A stretch of DNA of 64,000 bases from Eledone cirrhosa. Taxonomy: Eukaryota. The translations under genes were made by a program, and so were the position numbers. Shown piece by piece: positions 1 to 12,654 of this stretch. The stretch spans positions 198,648,001 to 198,712,000 of the forward strand of contig OZ024741.1 in NCBI GenBank assembly GCA_964016885.1, in the 5' to 3' direction. The notes below the pieces were generated by a model. That model was not told the origin of the DNA. It searched no databases and saw only the letters and a list, made by a program, of their open reading frames with translations. Each line of letters starts with the position of its first letter. Position 1 is the first letter of the stretch.

Positions 1-34
1 GTCACCCATATCATAAGCAGCTGTCCAAAGATGT

Positions 35-400
35 TATAGCGAGATTACTGGTTGTATGAATGTAACAAAACGAGACAATGTTTGTGTATATAATATTTAA
101 TTAACGGTAGATAGAATACTTGACATGTCAAAGATAGATGTTAGAATGAAACAAAGTTAGTAGTTACCGTTTTGATTGCCAGGCAAACGCGGCTGGCAGA
201 GGGCGCCTGGCTAAGGCCAGGCGCCTGTTGGCCAAATTAATGGCAGAGCCAAATGAGAAGACTCTTGACCTGGTGCCGAAAAGGCAAAGAGAGGAAGGAA
301 GCTTAAAGTTGTTAGTTTTATAGGGCTCTGACCGGAAGTTGCAGAAAGGGTTCCACTTCCCGTCTAGATCCCAATCAAAACAAGGGAGACAACCGCTACA
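35..400 (-). repeat. 3' LTR
   Basis: Begins TGTAGCG on the minus strand immediately after the PPT; direct repeat of 1777-2142. Confidence 0.9.
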
Positions 401-1757
401 TAACCTCCCGCCAGAATTTTAGTGTATAAAAATCGAAATGAAAATATGTAGCAAGTTGGCGAGAATGTTGTAACAGGCATGAAATCTACGACAAAAGAAT
501 GTTTGGAAAAATCAATGATAGATATCAAGGTAGCCAACCGCTCTTGGCCAGAGAACGACTGGACATCCATCTATCCATCACCCAAAGATACAATGTAATA
601 AAGTAAAAGTAATAGAAGAGCTCAAAGTTCAAAATATAGTTCACAGGTGTGCAATCACATGACAGCAGGAAAGAAAGTGTGTTCCAGAGAATGAATGCAG
701 GTGGTTTCTGTTCTGTGGTATATCGTGAAATTTCCAACCTCCGAATGGATTTTCTCACAGGAAGAGTGCTGCAAAAATGAATTCTCTGGCTTTGGTGAAG
801 CTGTATTGATGCATCGCTGTTGCTGTTATATTGCTGTTGCTGCTGCTGTTGTCTCGCCGAGTGAGCGTATTCGGTGTTTAAATTCACAGTAAAAAAAATT
901 TTTTTTTAGAAAAAAATGAGTTGCGCAAAGTGCTAGAAATAGCAGCCGAAGTTGATGGTCGATGTTGAGAATGCGTTGACCTGGAAGGGTCAAGAGGCCA
1001 GCGACCAGAGAAATAAGCATTCTTAATAAATGCGCGGTTATCAACGGTAAATTTACATTGTAAATTTATAAACCGGCAAATAGAAGAATATAGCTTAAGG
1101 CTGAAGAATCCTTGGGGGAGAAATGCTATCTCTGGCGTGCGGCTGTCTGTGAGTAGAGACATCTCAGTGAATCGAGAATTTATGCTGCCTACACGTGCCA
1201 ATACAAGGTTGAAAAAAAATATTTCTAACGCGCGAGAAAATGATAGTGCAATTTTGAAAGTGACAATGATGAAAAAGAAAGGCTTCAATCAGCATAATTA
1301 TAGGTGTGAACTTTGGAAAAAAACAAAAAACTTGAACGATGAAGAAAACGATGAACAAAAGGCAATGGTTCATCGAAAATAAATGTTCCTGTTGAAATGT
1401 TTTTTAAAGAATATCAAATTTCTTTTTTTTTTTTTGTGTTTTGAAAGAGTTCGTTGTAAGAAACGAGAAACATATATATATATCGTGAAATGTTTTTTTT
1501 TGTTTTGAAAGTGTTCGTTGTAAGAAACGAGAAACATATATATATATATTGGTGAAATGCGACAGTTAATTGATGCGTGAGAGAAAAAGTATGTCTGTGC
1601 GAATTCCACATGTGCGTGTGTGCGTGTCCTTGAGTATTTTCATAGTTTGTCGCTAAATTTGCTGTGTATTCGTAATGTTACTCACAAAACCAGATGTGCT
1701 ATTTTTTTCTTTTTTTGGGGGGGTGACCCTTATAGCGATGAACGGCTACGTGTTCGT

Positions 1758-1775
1758 ATCACGTCGGGGTCACCA
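1758..1775 (-). promoter_or_regulatory. Primer binding site complementary to tRNA-Trp
   Basis: TGGTGACCCCGACGTGAT is the complement of the tRNA-Trp 3' end ATCACGTCGGGGTCACCA. Confidence 0.85.
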
Positions 1776-1776
1776 A

Positions 1777-2142
1777 TATGGCGAGATTACTGGTTGTCTG
1801 AATGTAACAAAACGAGACAATGTTTGTGTATATAATATTTAATTAACGGTAGATAGAATACTTGACATGTCAAAGATAGATGTTAGAATGAAACAAAGTT
1901 AGTAGTTACCGTTTTGATTGCCAGGCAAACGCGGCTGGCAGAGGGCGCCTGGCTAAGGCCAGGCGCCTGTTGGCCAAATTAATGGCAGAGCCAAATGAGA
2001 AGACTCTTGACCTGGTGCCGAAAAGGCAAAGAGAGGAAGGAAGCTTAAAGTTGTTAGTTTTATAGGGCTCTGACCGGAAGTTGCAGAAAGGATTCCACTT
2101 CCCGTCTAGATCCCAATCAAAACAAGGGAGACAACCGCTACA
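1777..2142 (-). repeat. 5' LTR
   Basis: Followed on the minus strand by the PBS TGGTGACCCCGACGTGAT. Confidence 0.9.
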
Positions 2143-2146
2143 ATGT

Positions 2147-2900
2147 CATCACAGTACTATTTACCTATGAGGCATGATGTAGTGGCCAAAACACTGTACA
2201 ATGCAAACCGTACAAAAGATAGCCCCGACAATGAACAGATTAAAAGTTACATCAATGTGGAAGACATACACATACATAATATCAAAGAGTACTGGTGGAA
2301 TGTTCCAGTCAAAACCCAATAAAATGCAAGCATAACAGACCAGATATAATGATATGGGACAGAGCAAAAAAGGTATGCACATTATTGGAAGTTAGCTGCC
2401 AAGCAGATGCCAATATAATATTAAAGATTAGCGAAAAGGAGAACTATGCAGAACTAATAAGAAAAGGAGAACTATGCAGAACTAATAAGAAATCTGCAGA
2501 TACTCCACCCTGACTACACCTTCAGATTTATACCTGTGATTATTGGCACACTGGGATATGTTAGTAACTGCCTCAATACAAATCTTGAGAAGATGGGCTT
2601 TACAGAAACAGAAAGAACACGACTAGTTAGGAAATTACAAGTACAATCCATTAATGGAACAGTAAAAATATGTAAAGTATTCCAAAAATTGTGCATCTAC
2701 ACATATGCACATGCACATGCACACACATAACTCAAAACATACACATCTACACATACAATATCATCCATACCTGCACACACACGCATGCATGCATATAATA
2801 TCTACCTAGTTGATGTTTATATTCCAATGAGAGAGTCTTGTGTCTGCATTAGAAACTGACTCTCTCTATTTATAAAAATTTATAAAATTATAAAACTAGA
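2147..2900 (+). mobile_element. R4/Dong-like non-LTR retrotransposon 3' fragment (restriction-like endonuclease), continuing from 1-34
   Basis: Removing the LTR element restores VTHIISSCPKMSSQYYLPMRHDVVAK (CCHC end + RHD), then HNRPDIMIWD...LLEVS (PD-(D/E)xK); frameshifted. Confidence 0.8.
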
Positions 2901-4559
2901 AGAACATACATACGTACACTCAACGCGACCAGTTGCACATATTAGCGTGGGCATTCATTACATTTAAGATGGATATTATCTCCAACAGTAATGCCACAAC
3001 TATCGGTCGTGTTGAACGGCCACGAAAAAGAAGCGATCGCCCGAACTCTTATCGGCGACAGGCACAAAAAAGAATCGATCGGTCTAGTCCCGATATTTGG
3101 ATACCCTCCGCTCCTCTGTGTTTCTGTAGTGCTCGGGTTTGTGGTTGAAGGGAGAAGGCTGGATACGTAGAACGTGTCGCAGCACGTGGTATCTCAGATT
3201 AGAGATTTACTTCGCTCGAACGAGTAAAGGGTTATAGGGTTATCTCGTCTAGGCGCTTGCCATCACCAGGCTCCATCTGTGATGGGAAACATCTGCGTAT
3301 TGTTGTAGTTCAAATAAAGTTCTGTTCAATAATGAATTTCAGTTTTCATTAAAGTATCAGTCGATAAAATTAATCCCAGTTCTTGACTGGTACATTGTTT
3401 TATGGGTCCCGGGGTGGGGTGGATAAAACATGAAAGTCTTACTCGGCGGGCTTTAAACTCAGAACGTAAAGAAACAGAATTATATAATACAAAAGAACCT
3501 TAAATCTTGATGGAGTCGCAGATATGCCGTCCTGGTATGTCTTTGACATTTTAAACCTAGCAGAACGCATCCTTCTCCGGGCTGAAACACACCCGATTTC
3601 ATCCAGAGAGAGAAAGTGATAAACAGATGAAGCATCGTCACCAATGTTGGACTGGTACTTTATGTATTGGCGCCGAAAGGATGAAAGGCAAAGTTGACTT
3701 CGGTGGGATTTGAACTTAGAATACAGTAAGTCAAAACAAATAACGAGGCATCTTTAATCCGATACCCAATTCACCATATTTCTCTAAAGACGAGGGTTAA
3801 AATAAATATTTCTCTAAACGTTATGCCTAACTTCTGTAAAGTTATTTGTTTCCTTGCTATCATAGAGAAATAAAAAGTATGAAATGAAAAAGAAGTCAAG
3901 GTAAATCACAAGGAATATATAGTGCTCTAGTATAAAATATATTGTTTATTCCAGCCCCAAACCAGTTATGACGTCAGATATGAGAAGTAGCATAAACGTA
4001 TGGCTTCAGGTAGAAAAAAAACACTGCGGAAATAGGCAGAGGGAAGGGGAAGTCTGTGATTAAAAAAGGCGAAATCGAAATCTCTTTAATCAAGTAAAAA
4101 AGAAAATTGGATATAAAAAAAAGTTAAGATGTCGTTGCTGGGGATTAATTAATGTTACAAACAGAAAAAGTCGATGAATTATTTGTTAAATAAATAAATA
4201 AATAAATAAACATTAAGCGGGGACAGGCGAAATAGAAATCTAAATGATAGTGAAATATGTGAAGGAGATGAAGAAAAGTAGAAGGAAGGGACGTGAAAAG
4301 TTATGACAGTCTGCGTGAGATATGAGATATATGGATTATATAAATAAACTCTAATGTATCCCTCTAAGTGTATACGTTGAAAGTAATGTTTGTGGGTTGG
4401 CAGGTTCTGATATTAGTAGCTACGTTTGAGCATGACAGTGGAATAAAACAAAACAAACAAGCAATAATTTGCCTATCTCTACCTACTTATCCCTCCACTC
4501 ATCCATCTAGCTCGCCAGCTTTCGCCACCTCGGTAAGCAGGCACGCGAGCGATTACACA

Positions 4560-4811
4560 TATACACACACATAAATACGTATACATAAATACATACACAC
4601 ACATACATACATACATACATACATACATACATACATACATACATACATACATACATACATACATACATACATACATGCATATGTATATATATATATATAG
4701 ACATACATATATACACACACACATACATACATACATACATACATACATACATACATACATACATACATACATACATACATACATACATACATACATACAT
4801 ACATACATACA
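4560..4811. repeat. (TACA)n compound microsatellite
   Basis: Directly visible tetranucleotide arrays. Confidence 0.95.
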
Positions 4812-4999
4812 TTGCTGTTTCAAAAAACATTTAGTCACTTTAACATATATAACACCATATTCTGTAAACCTGCTATGCAGTTGGATACGTAATTCAGAAT
4901 GATTTGTCATCATGATATTTTATTAATCGTTTATGATTTTATTCTCGGCAGAGTTGTTCTGCTAGATAACGAGTCGCGAGTGCCGGATAGCGATATGGC

Positions 5000-5960
5000 C
5001 ACCAGATATGATGACTAGTTGATTTATAAACGGGTAACTGCTGGACGAATAAACGACCCCAGACCAACAACGGTAAACTACTAAGGAAGGTGGAACAATG
5101 GGTGACACCTGTAGCTCCCAAGAAAATTCTCACAACCTTGGGAGGTAGCTACAACGAGGCGAGTAAAGGCCGTTTTTAAAAAAGCCTAGTTTTTGCGGGC
5201 TTGACAAAGTACCAGATTGGTGACTGGCGCGAATAAGACCACTGAAACTGAAACTGCAATATGACGAGGAAACCAAAAACGAACCATACGGCATCGTCCT
5301 TTATGCGGGATAACACGGGACGCGTTCAGGCCTTAGGTAGAGGGGCCTGTTCAACAAATATATTGCAGTCTCCATCTCATGCTGCAAAATCTAGCGATAG
5401 GGCTACGACCTGTTCTGGGAGGCGTGGGATTGACGCACAAAGTTTGCGTATCCTGAGACCCCAAAGAGGGTCTGGAAGGGAGCAAACCTTGACAATTGGA
5501 ATCTGGAACACCACAATCTTACAGGTAAGGAGCAGGAACTAGTGGAGGAGGCTAGATGCTACCAGATAGATATAGTTGGGGTTTCTTCAACAAAGCTCCA
5601 TGGCTCTGATACTGTAGATTTGGATGGAAGCTGGAAACTCCACCATTCAGGAGTGGTGCCAGTAATGACTGCACAGAAGGGAGTGGAGATATTCACAAGT
5701 CCCCAGCTGTCAGAATGTGTTATGGACTTGATCCCGTTAAGAGGGAGGATTGGCCTCTTGAAATTTAGGCTGAAAGATACGTCTCTGTGGGTTGAGCAAA
5801 TTCATGGACCAAACAAGGAGTCTGAATACAGGTCCTACCTTTATGAAGTCACTGCAGCATTAGATGTAGTTAGGACTGTGTCATGTATTCTGATGGGATA
5901 TTCAATGCATATGCTGGCACTGACTTACCTGACATGGAAAGGAGTGTTTGATAGATGTTT
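5000..5960 (+). mobile_element. RTE-clade LINE 5' part (APE endonuclease), degenerate
   Basis: LTIGIWNT..L, IDIVGVSSTK, W.LHHSGV...GVEI and later APE-like motifs, with frameshifts. Confidence 0.75.
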
Positions 5961-7419
5961 ATGATTGTGTTAAGCCTTTTAACCAATATTTACCACGTAA
6001 GCGCACGTAGTATTTGACACAAAATGTAAACTTACAGCACAAATGTATATTTAGAACTACACAGGCAGGAGTCAACTGTGCGTTAAAATAATCAGTTATT
6101 CACAATAGAAACGATACAATTGAACAATATTCATATCAATCAAAATATACACCATATAAAACATGATTACTCATGCAGATATGTTCAATGTATTTCGCAA
6201 ATTTCCATGTCTGTTGCCAACGTCTAAACTAAGTTCCCATTAGTGAAACTTGTACATATTTCCTGTTTGAATGGGGGAAGAAACATCTTTTGCTCATACT
6301 GTTTTCACACACAAAACACGAAATTATACTGGAAAAAATCATCATTGATAATAGTAATCCTGCAAAAAAAAAAAAAAAAAAAAAGTAAATATTGAAAAAT
6401 AAAATCAGACGTAAGCCGGCGGAAGCAATTCTTATTAGTGTAAAAATGTATGACCTTCGACAACTAAGCAGCCAGCATGAAGTATCATCTCTAACTGAAT
6501 ATATATATATGTGTGTGCGTGTGTGTTTATATAAGCTCTAGACCATCAGATGTGTCACATTCAGCAACCTGCCAAACAACGTGATGTACGTGTTCATAGG
6601 TATTTCCTCCTTTTAAACTGTAATCATTAACTCTTTCGCCATTAAAACTTTTTTTTTTAAATAACCTCGAAAATGATTGTATGACATATGAAAGGTTCGA
6701 TCAACTTGATGTGGTAAATGCAATTTTAGTTTACTATCACAAATGAATGAAAAAAAGAACTTCACTTATGAATTATATGATTAGTTTCTTACATTGAATG
6801 GTTCTCCGTCTGTTTCGACAATGAGTGTTCCAGTAGTTCGATCAACAGAACAACATGCTTATGAAATTAACATATAAGTGGCTGAGCAACCCATGGTAGC
6901 ATGTACCCGTAACATAATTCTCAGGGAGAGTCAGCAAGACATAAGGTAAGATGGAGCTGGTCGTTTGAATTACAGGTATAGTTTATCTGGAGGGCTTCCA
7001 AATAGTTTCCATCGACCCAATTTCATTCACAAGGCATGGGTCTCCTTGAGATTAAAGTGAATGACAGTTGTCCAAGATGTCACACAGTGGGATTAAACCC
7101 TGGGCTTAACGATTGCGAAGCAAACACAACCATTCAGTCATGCAACGTCTACGGTTTCTTATATAGAAAGGTGTATAAGGTAACAAATATAAGATTATAT
7201 AACGTTAACAAACCAATAAATGTAAAGTAGACTAAAGCAAGAATTGAATGTGATACGTAGACTAAGTTCTACGGAAACTTGTATAACTGAAGTATGTTGA
7301 TTCCTAATTTGGTTGGGGTGAAAAGATAATTAAACCAACCCTAATACTTAACTCGTCCCTTATTTTATCGACACCGAAAGGATGAAAGGCAAACTTGACC
7401 TCAAAGAAAATAAAAGTAG

Positions 7420-8750
7420 AAAGGTACATTTTCTGATGTACACGAGGTGTATCTAGGAGCGGTAACTAATCTCTCAGAGGTTGAGGTCACAAGAACAGTT
7501 AAAAAGCTCAAATGTGGCAAGGCCGTTGGGGAAGATGAAATCCAGCCTGAGAAGGTATTCTCTGGCTGACACGTGTGTGCTGGGTGGCCTGGACCTCTGG
7601 AAAGGCACCTAAGCAATGGCAATAGGGAGTGATAATCCCAATTTTCAAAATTTTTCTCGGGACCTGCTGTGGAAGACTGCAGGAGTATGGGATCCATGGT
7701 CAGCTCCTTGCTGCCCTGATATCTTTATATGAATGTCCGAGTATTTGTGTTCGGATAAATGGTGCTAAATCGAAACCATTCAATGTAGGAGTCCGACTCC
7801 GCACAGGGTGTGTACTGTCACCTCTCCTGTTCATTATGTTCATGAACAAGATTGACATACGCAGCTGGGTTGTAACTGGCATCACGACTGGCAGGTATAA
7901 AATCAGTCAGCTGGAATTCGCTGACGACATGGTATTACTTAACGACAGAAGGTGATCTCCAACTTGCACACCATAGGTTTGATATCAAGTTCTGCATGGC
8001 TGGAATGAAAATCAGTGTTGCAAAAACTGAGACTTTCAAGGAAGCCTGCGCAGTGCACTCTACATGAAAATGGAGTTTCACTGAAGCAGGTACATAAGTT
8101 CAAGTATTTCGGGGCCATGTTCACGAGTGTTGGAAGGCAGGAGGTTGAGTTATGTGCAAGAATTGCAGGAGCAGGTACAGTAATGCGCCAGTTTCAGGAT
8201 TCAGTAATCAGAAGAAGGGAGGTAGGTGTAAAAGCTAAACTCACTATCTGCAATTCGGTATTCGTGCCAACCCTTACCTATGGTTAATAATCTTGGGTAA
8301 TGACCGAAAGAATACGATCGCGAATACAAGCGGTCTAAATGGGGTTCCTCCGAAGGGTCTTTGGAGTAACATTACTCGATAGAATGCGTAGCTTGACGAT
8401 CAGAGAGTCACTCCAGGTAGAGACGCTACTTCTCCGAATAGAGAGAGATCACAGTTCCGATACTATGGACATGTGGTTAGAATGTCTCAGGGAAGAATCG
8501 CTGGACAGATGTTACGGGTAAAACCTACCGGCAGGAGACCTAGGGGTAGACCCCGAGCAAAATTGTTGGATAACATCCATGAGCTTGGCTGGGCTCGCTT
8601 GAGAAGAAGAAGAAGAAGAAGAAGAAGAAGAAGAAGAAGAAGAAGAAGAAGAAGAAGAAGAAGAAGAAGAAGAAGAAGAAGAAGAAGAAGAAGAAGAAGA
8701 AGAAGAAGAAGAAGAAGGTGGTGGTGGTGGTGGTGGTGGTGGTGGTGGTT
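7420..8750 (+). mobile_element. RTE-clade LINE RT/3' fragment with (GAA)n(GGT)n tail
   Basis: G.R.GCVLSPLLF, FADD, FKYFG, VPTLTYG, RPRGRPR motifs; many stops and deletions. Confidence 0.85.
8602..8748. repeat. (GAA)n followed by (GGT)n microsatellite
   Basis: Directly visible. Confidence 0.95.
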
Positions 8751-8819
8751 CGGTTTTGATAATAGTTTTTGGGTGGATGCTAATCTAATTTTAGGTACAG
8801 GTTTGCAGTTTGTGGAGAG

Positions 8820-11800
8820 GGGAACACCGATTATATCGGTACTTTACTTTATCAACCTCGGTTAGATTTGAACTCGACACGTAGAAAGTCATTAACAAAT
8901 ACTACAAAATATTTTGTTCGACGCGCTCATGATTCTGTCATTCTTCCGTCCCTAAGTTGATCTAATAATGTTTTCTAACATTGGCATAAGGCCAGCTATT
9001 TGGGCAAGGGACAAGCCTTACTTAATTGGTACATTATTTTATCGACTCCGAAAGGATGAAAGGTAAAGTTGACCACGACAAGATTTCAACTTAGAACGTA
9101 AGTAGCCGGAACAAATGCCGCAATATATTTCATTCGACGATCTAAGGATTCCACCACGTCGCCACACTAACTTAATCTTATAATTGTTTCTACTTTAGGC
9201 ACAAGGCCAGCAATTACCCAGTGCATTACTGGTACTTATAACTTAATCTTATAATGATTTCTAATGTAGACACAAGGCCTGTAATTTGTGGGGAGGAGAA
9301 AGTCGATTATATCGACCCCCAGTATTTAACTGGTACTTTATTTTATCAACCCCATAAAGATAAAAGACAAAGTTGATCTTGGTGAGATTTGAACTCAGAA
9401 TATAAAGGGTCGTAACTAAATATAAAAAGCGTTTCGCTCGACGCTTTAACGATTTTGCCAATCTACCACCTTAAGTTGATCTAGTAAATAAGCAGCGACA
9501 GTAACATTTTAAAATAGTTTGTTCATGTCAAAGTCGTGATCCGCTTGTTGCCGGATGTGACCAAGACATAACAATCAAGGAAAGCGTTTCTTCCTTTCCT
9601 TCAGAAATGACAGTAGCTGGTGTTAAGTAAGCAATTACTTCTTTTCAGTCATTGTCTGACTAATAAACTCAGGAACGATAGGAAGGTAAACAAAGGAAAT
9701 AGAACGCATTTTTTCATACGAAGTTTGATTCATCTCATTCGAAAGAAAGCTCAATGTTGTATGTTTTGAAGTTGTGGGGACTAACATTTTTTTACACCAG
9801 AAGTGAAGCGAATTTAAAGCAAATGTCACCACACTACAACAAATTAAGTATAAAAGCTAATATGTTGGAAACCAAAATTAAATACATGAACTTTTAAGTT
9901 TAATTTGATACAGTTTATTTTGCTGTTTAAAAGGCCATGTGAAAAGCTAATAAAAATCAATGCAATCTGTGGCATTGCTTGTCACGTTTTAAGTTTTAAT
10001 TGGATTGCCGAAAATCTATCTCATCTAGATGTATATCAGCTGAATGTATTCAAATTGTTTGAGTAGTAATTCAAACTGCAAGCAAAATTGATTCACATAT
10101 CCATATTGTAAGTAATTTAACAATTCCAAGTTTCTAAGCTAGTGAAATTTTGTAATGTGTTATATTATAATTGGTGGTGGATTGGCAGTATCGGTAGAGC
10201 ATTGGACATGATTCGTGGCATATAGTTACGTCCCTTTGCGTCCTGAGTTCAAATCTCGGCGAAGTTAGTTTTGCCTTTCATCCTTGCATGGTCAATAAAA
10301 TAAAGTACCAGCAAACGCACTGGGGATCGATTTAATTGACTTTTTTCCTCTCCCAAATTGTTGGCCAATTGCCTAAACTAGAAACAATTATTATTATCTT
10401 TATTGTTCTGGCCTTGTGCCAAAAGTAGAAACAATTATTATCTTTATTGTTGAGTCTTTCAAAACGTGGGTCACATCGCTTCTATAAGTTTGTTATAATT
10501 TCCATTGTTATACAAAATTATACATTGACTTTTTATACCGTTTCATAAACCAGCCAGGACTTTAGGGAGAGGTATTCGTGCCAACCCTTACCCATGGAAA
10601 GGCACCTAAGCAATGACAATCCGGAGTGATGATCCCAATTTTTAATGCAGTTTATATATAATATCGTCTTTTTTTTAATGTATCATGAATTACGTTACTG
10701 ATTACATAAGACAGTGTAACACAGACTTCGTTCAATTTCTGTGTATATTGTCAATTACTATTTTATTTGATCATATCTACATGCATTTATACTTGCGTAT
10801 AATATCAATATACACACTACACATGCCAGCTTTCTAATGTTCTTTCGAATTGGGAAGTGATGCCTGAAATGGAGATGCCAATGTCATTAAGAGTCCAACT
10901 TCTCTATTCAAAGTATTTGTATGGATCTATAACTCTTGATGGAGTCGTAGGGGCGTCGTAATGATTTACAACGTGTCGGATAGAATGTTTTGTGGTATTT
11001 GTTCCGGCTCTCGGCGTTCTGAGTTCAAATCCTGCCGAGGTTAACTTTGCCTTTCCTCTTTTCGAGATCAATAAAATAAAGTACCAGTACTAGGGTCCAT
11101 ATAATCAACTTTTCGTTTCCCTAAATTGCTATCTTGTGCTTTGGCAGTATCGGTAGAGGGTCGGACGCCATGCTTTGACGCATAGAGTTACGGTTCTTGC
11201 CATTATGAGTTCAAAACCGCCGAGATTAACTTTGCCTTTCATCCTTACGGGGTCGATAAAATAAAGTACCAGTAATACACTGGATAATTGCTGGCCTTGT
11301 GCCAAAAGTAGAAACAATTATCATTCAGATTGGCAAAATCGTTAGAGTATTGGACAAATGCTTAGCAATATTTGTTCTGGCTCTTTTCGTTCTGAGTTCT
11401 AATCTCTTCGAGATTAATTTTGCTCTTCATCTTTTCGAAGTCGATAAAATAGTACCAGTCAAGTACTGGGGTCGATATAATCGATTTTCCCTTCCCCTAA
11501 ACTGCTGTTCTTGTGCCTAAATTAGAAATAATTATTCGGGTTGGCAGAAACGTTAGAGCGTCGGCCAACACGTTGTGTATTTAAATACCACCGAGGTCAA
11601 CTTTGCCTGCCTTTCTAGTCTTGTGCCTATGTTATTACTGTTATTACTGTTATTACTGTGGCGGTAAGACTACATGATCAGTAGAGACAGAAAAACTACC
11701 TTTCGGTATTTAGTTCTGTTACGTGACTTTGTGAGTTCAAATTCGCCCAGATTCGATCAGGTTTTCGTTCATCTGGGGTTCATAAAAGAAGTTCCAGTAA

Positions 11801-12560
11801 AGTCCTATTGTCAATTAAATTGTCTACTCCATTCCCGAAAATCCCAATGAGTCATTTTGTTTTTCCTCCTGGTTTGCATAAAATAAATTTCCAGTCGAGT
11901 ATTGGGATGGATTCTTGGATTGATGTATATATCAGACATGATTAATTTTATTATTAGTAGTTTTAGGGAAATCGATTGGCAATATCGAAAGGGCGTTGAA
12001 TATATTTTGCTGCATATAGTTACGGCTCTTTACGTTCTAAGTTCAAATCCTGCCGGGGTTAGCTTTACCTTTCATCCTTACGTGATCGATAAATTAAAGC
12101 ACCAATAATACAGTTAGGCTCAAATTGCTAGGCTCAAATTGTTAGCCTTGTGCCTAAATCAGAAACCATTAAGGGCGGTGGATTGGCAGTATCGTTAAAG
12201 TGTCGGACAATATGATTTGCGGCATAGAGTTATGGCCCTTCACGGTATGTATTCAAATCCTGCTGAGGTTAGCTTTGCCTTTCATCCTTACGGGGTCGAT
12301 AAAATAAAGTACTAGTCCTGCACTGGGGTAGATTTAATCGAATTTCCCCACTCACCAAATTGTTGGCCTTGTGCCTAAATCAGAAAGTATTATTCGCCTT
12401 AGATTGACAGATTCGTAAGAGCGTTTGTAGCATTTGTTCCTGCTCTTTACAATCCGAATTCAAATTCCGCCAAGGTCATCTTTGCCTTTCATCCTTCCGA
12501 GGGGTCGATAAAATGCAGTATTGGTCGAATAATGGTGTCGATATAATCGGCGTTTCTCTC
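8820..12560. mobile_element. Dense cluster of tRNA-derived SINE copies and fragments (minus-strand copies 8820-9470, plus-strand copies 10170-12560)
   Basis: Recurrent A box TGGCAGTATCGG, B box GAGTTCAAATCC, and body ctttgcctttcatcc..ggggtcgataaaataaagtaccag...ggccttgtgccaaaagtagaaac. Confidence 0.85.
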
Positions 12561-12654
12561 CCCACGAATTGCCTATAAAACGGAATACTCCTATGTTTTA
12601 CCGGCGAAAATTCGAAACGGAATCTGAGCTTTCTCGCCTTTGGGACAATCTATC

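Larger units (their letters stand above)
35..2142 (-). mobile_element. Young non-autonomous LTR retrotransposon (2.1 kb, Gypsy-type termini)
   Basis: Two 366-bp LTRs (35-400, 1777-2142) with about 3 differences, 4-bp TSD ATGT (31-34 / 2143-2146), PBS at 1758-1775, PPT GGCGGGAGGTTA at 401-412; no recognisable pol inside. Confidence 0.92.

Noticed and set aside
525-887. Gln-rich ORF as gag of the LTR element
   Set aside because: No recognisable capsid or CCHC motif; short and low in complexity.
4479-4913. ORFs with MYVC/HTYI repeats
   Set aside because: Translations of the (TACA)n microsatellite.
8473-8865. Poly-Arg/poly-Trp ORF
   Set aside because: LINE C-terminus read into a (GAA)n(GGT)n tail; not a real protein.
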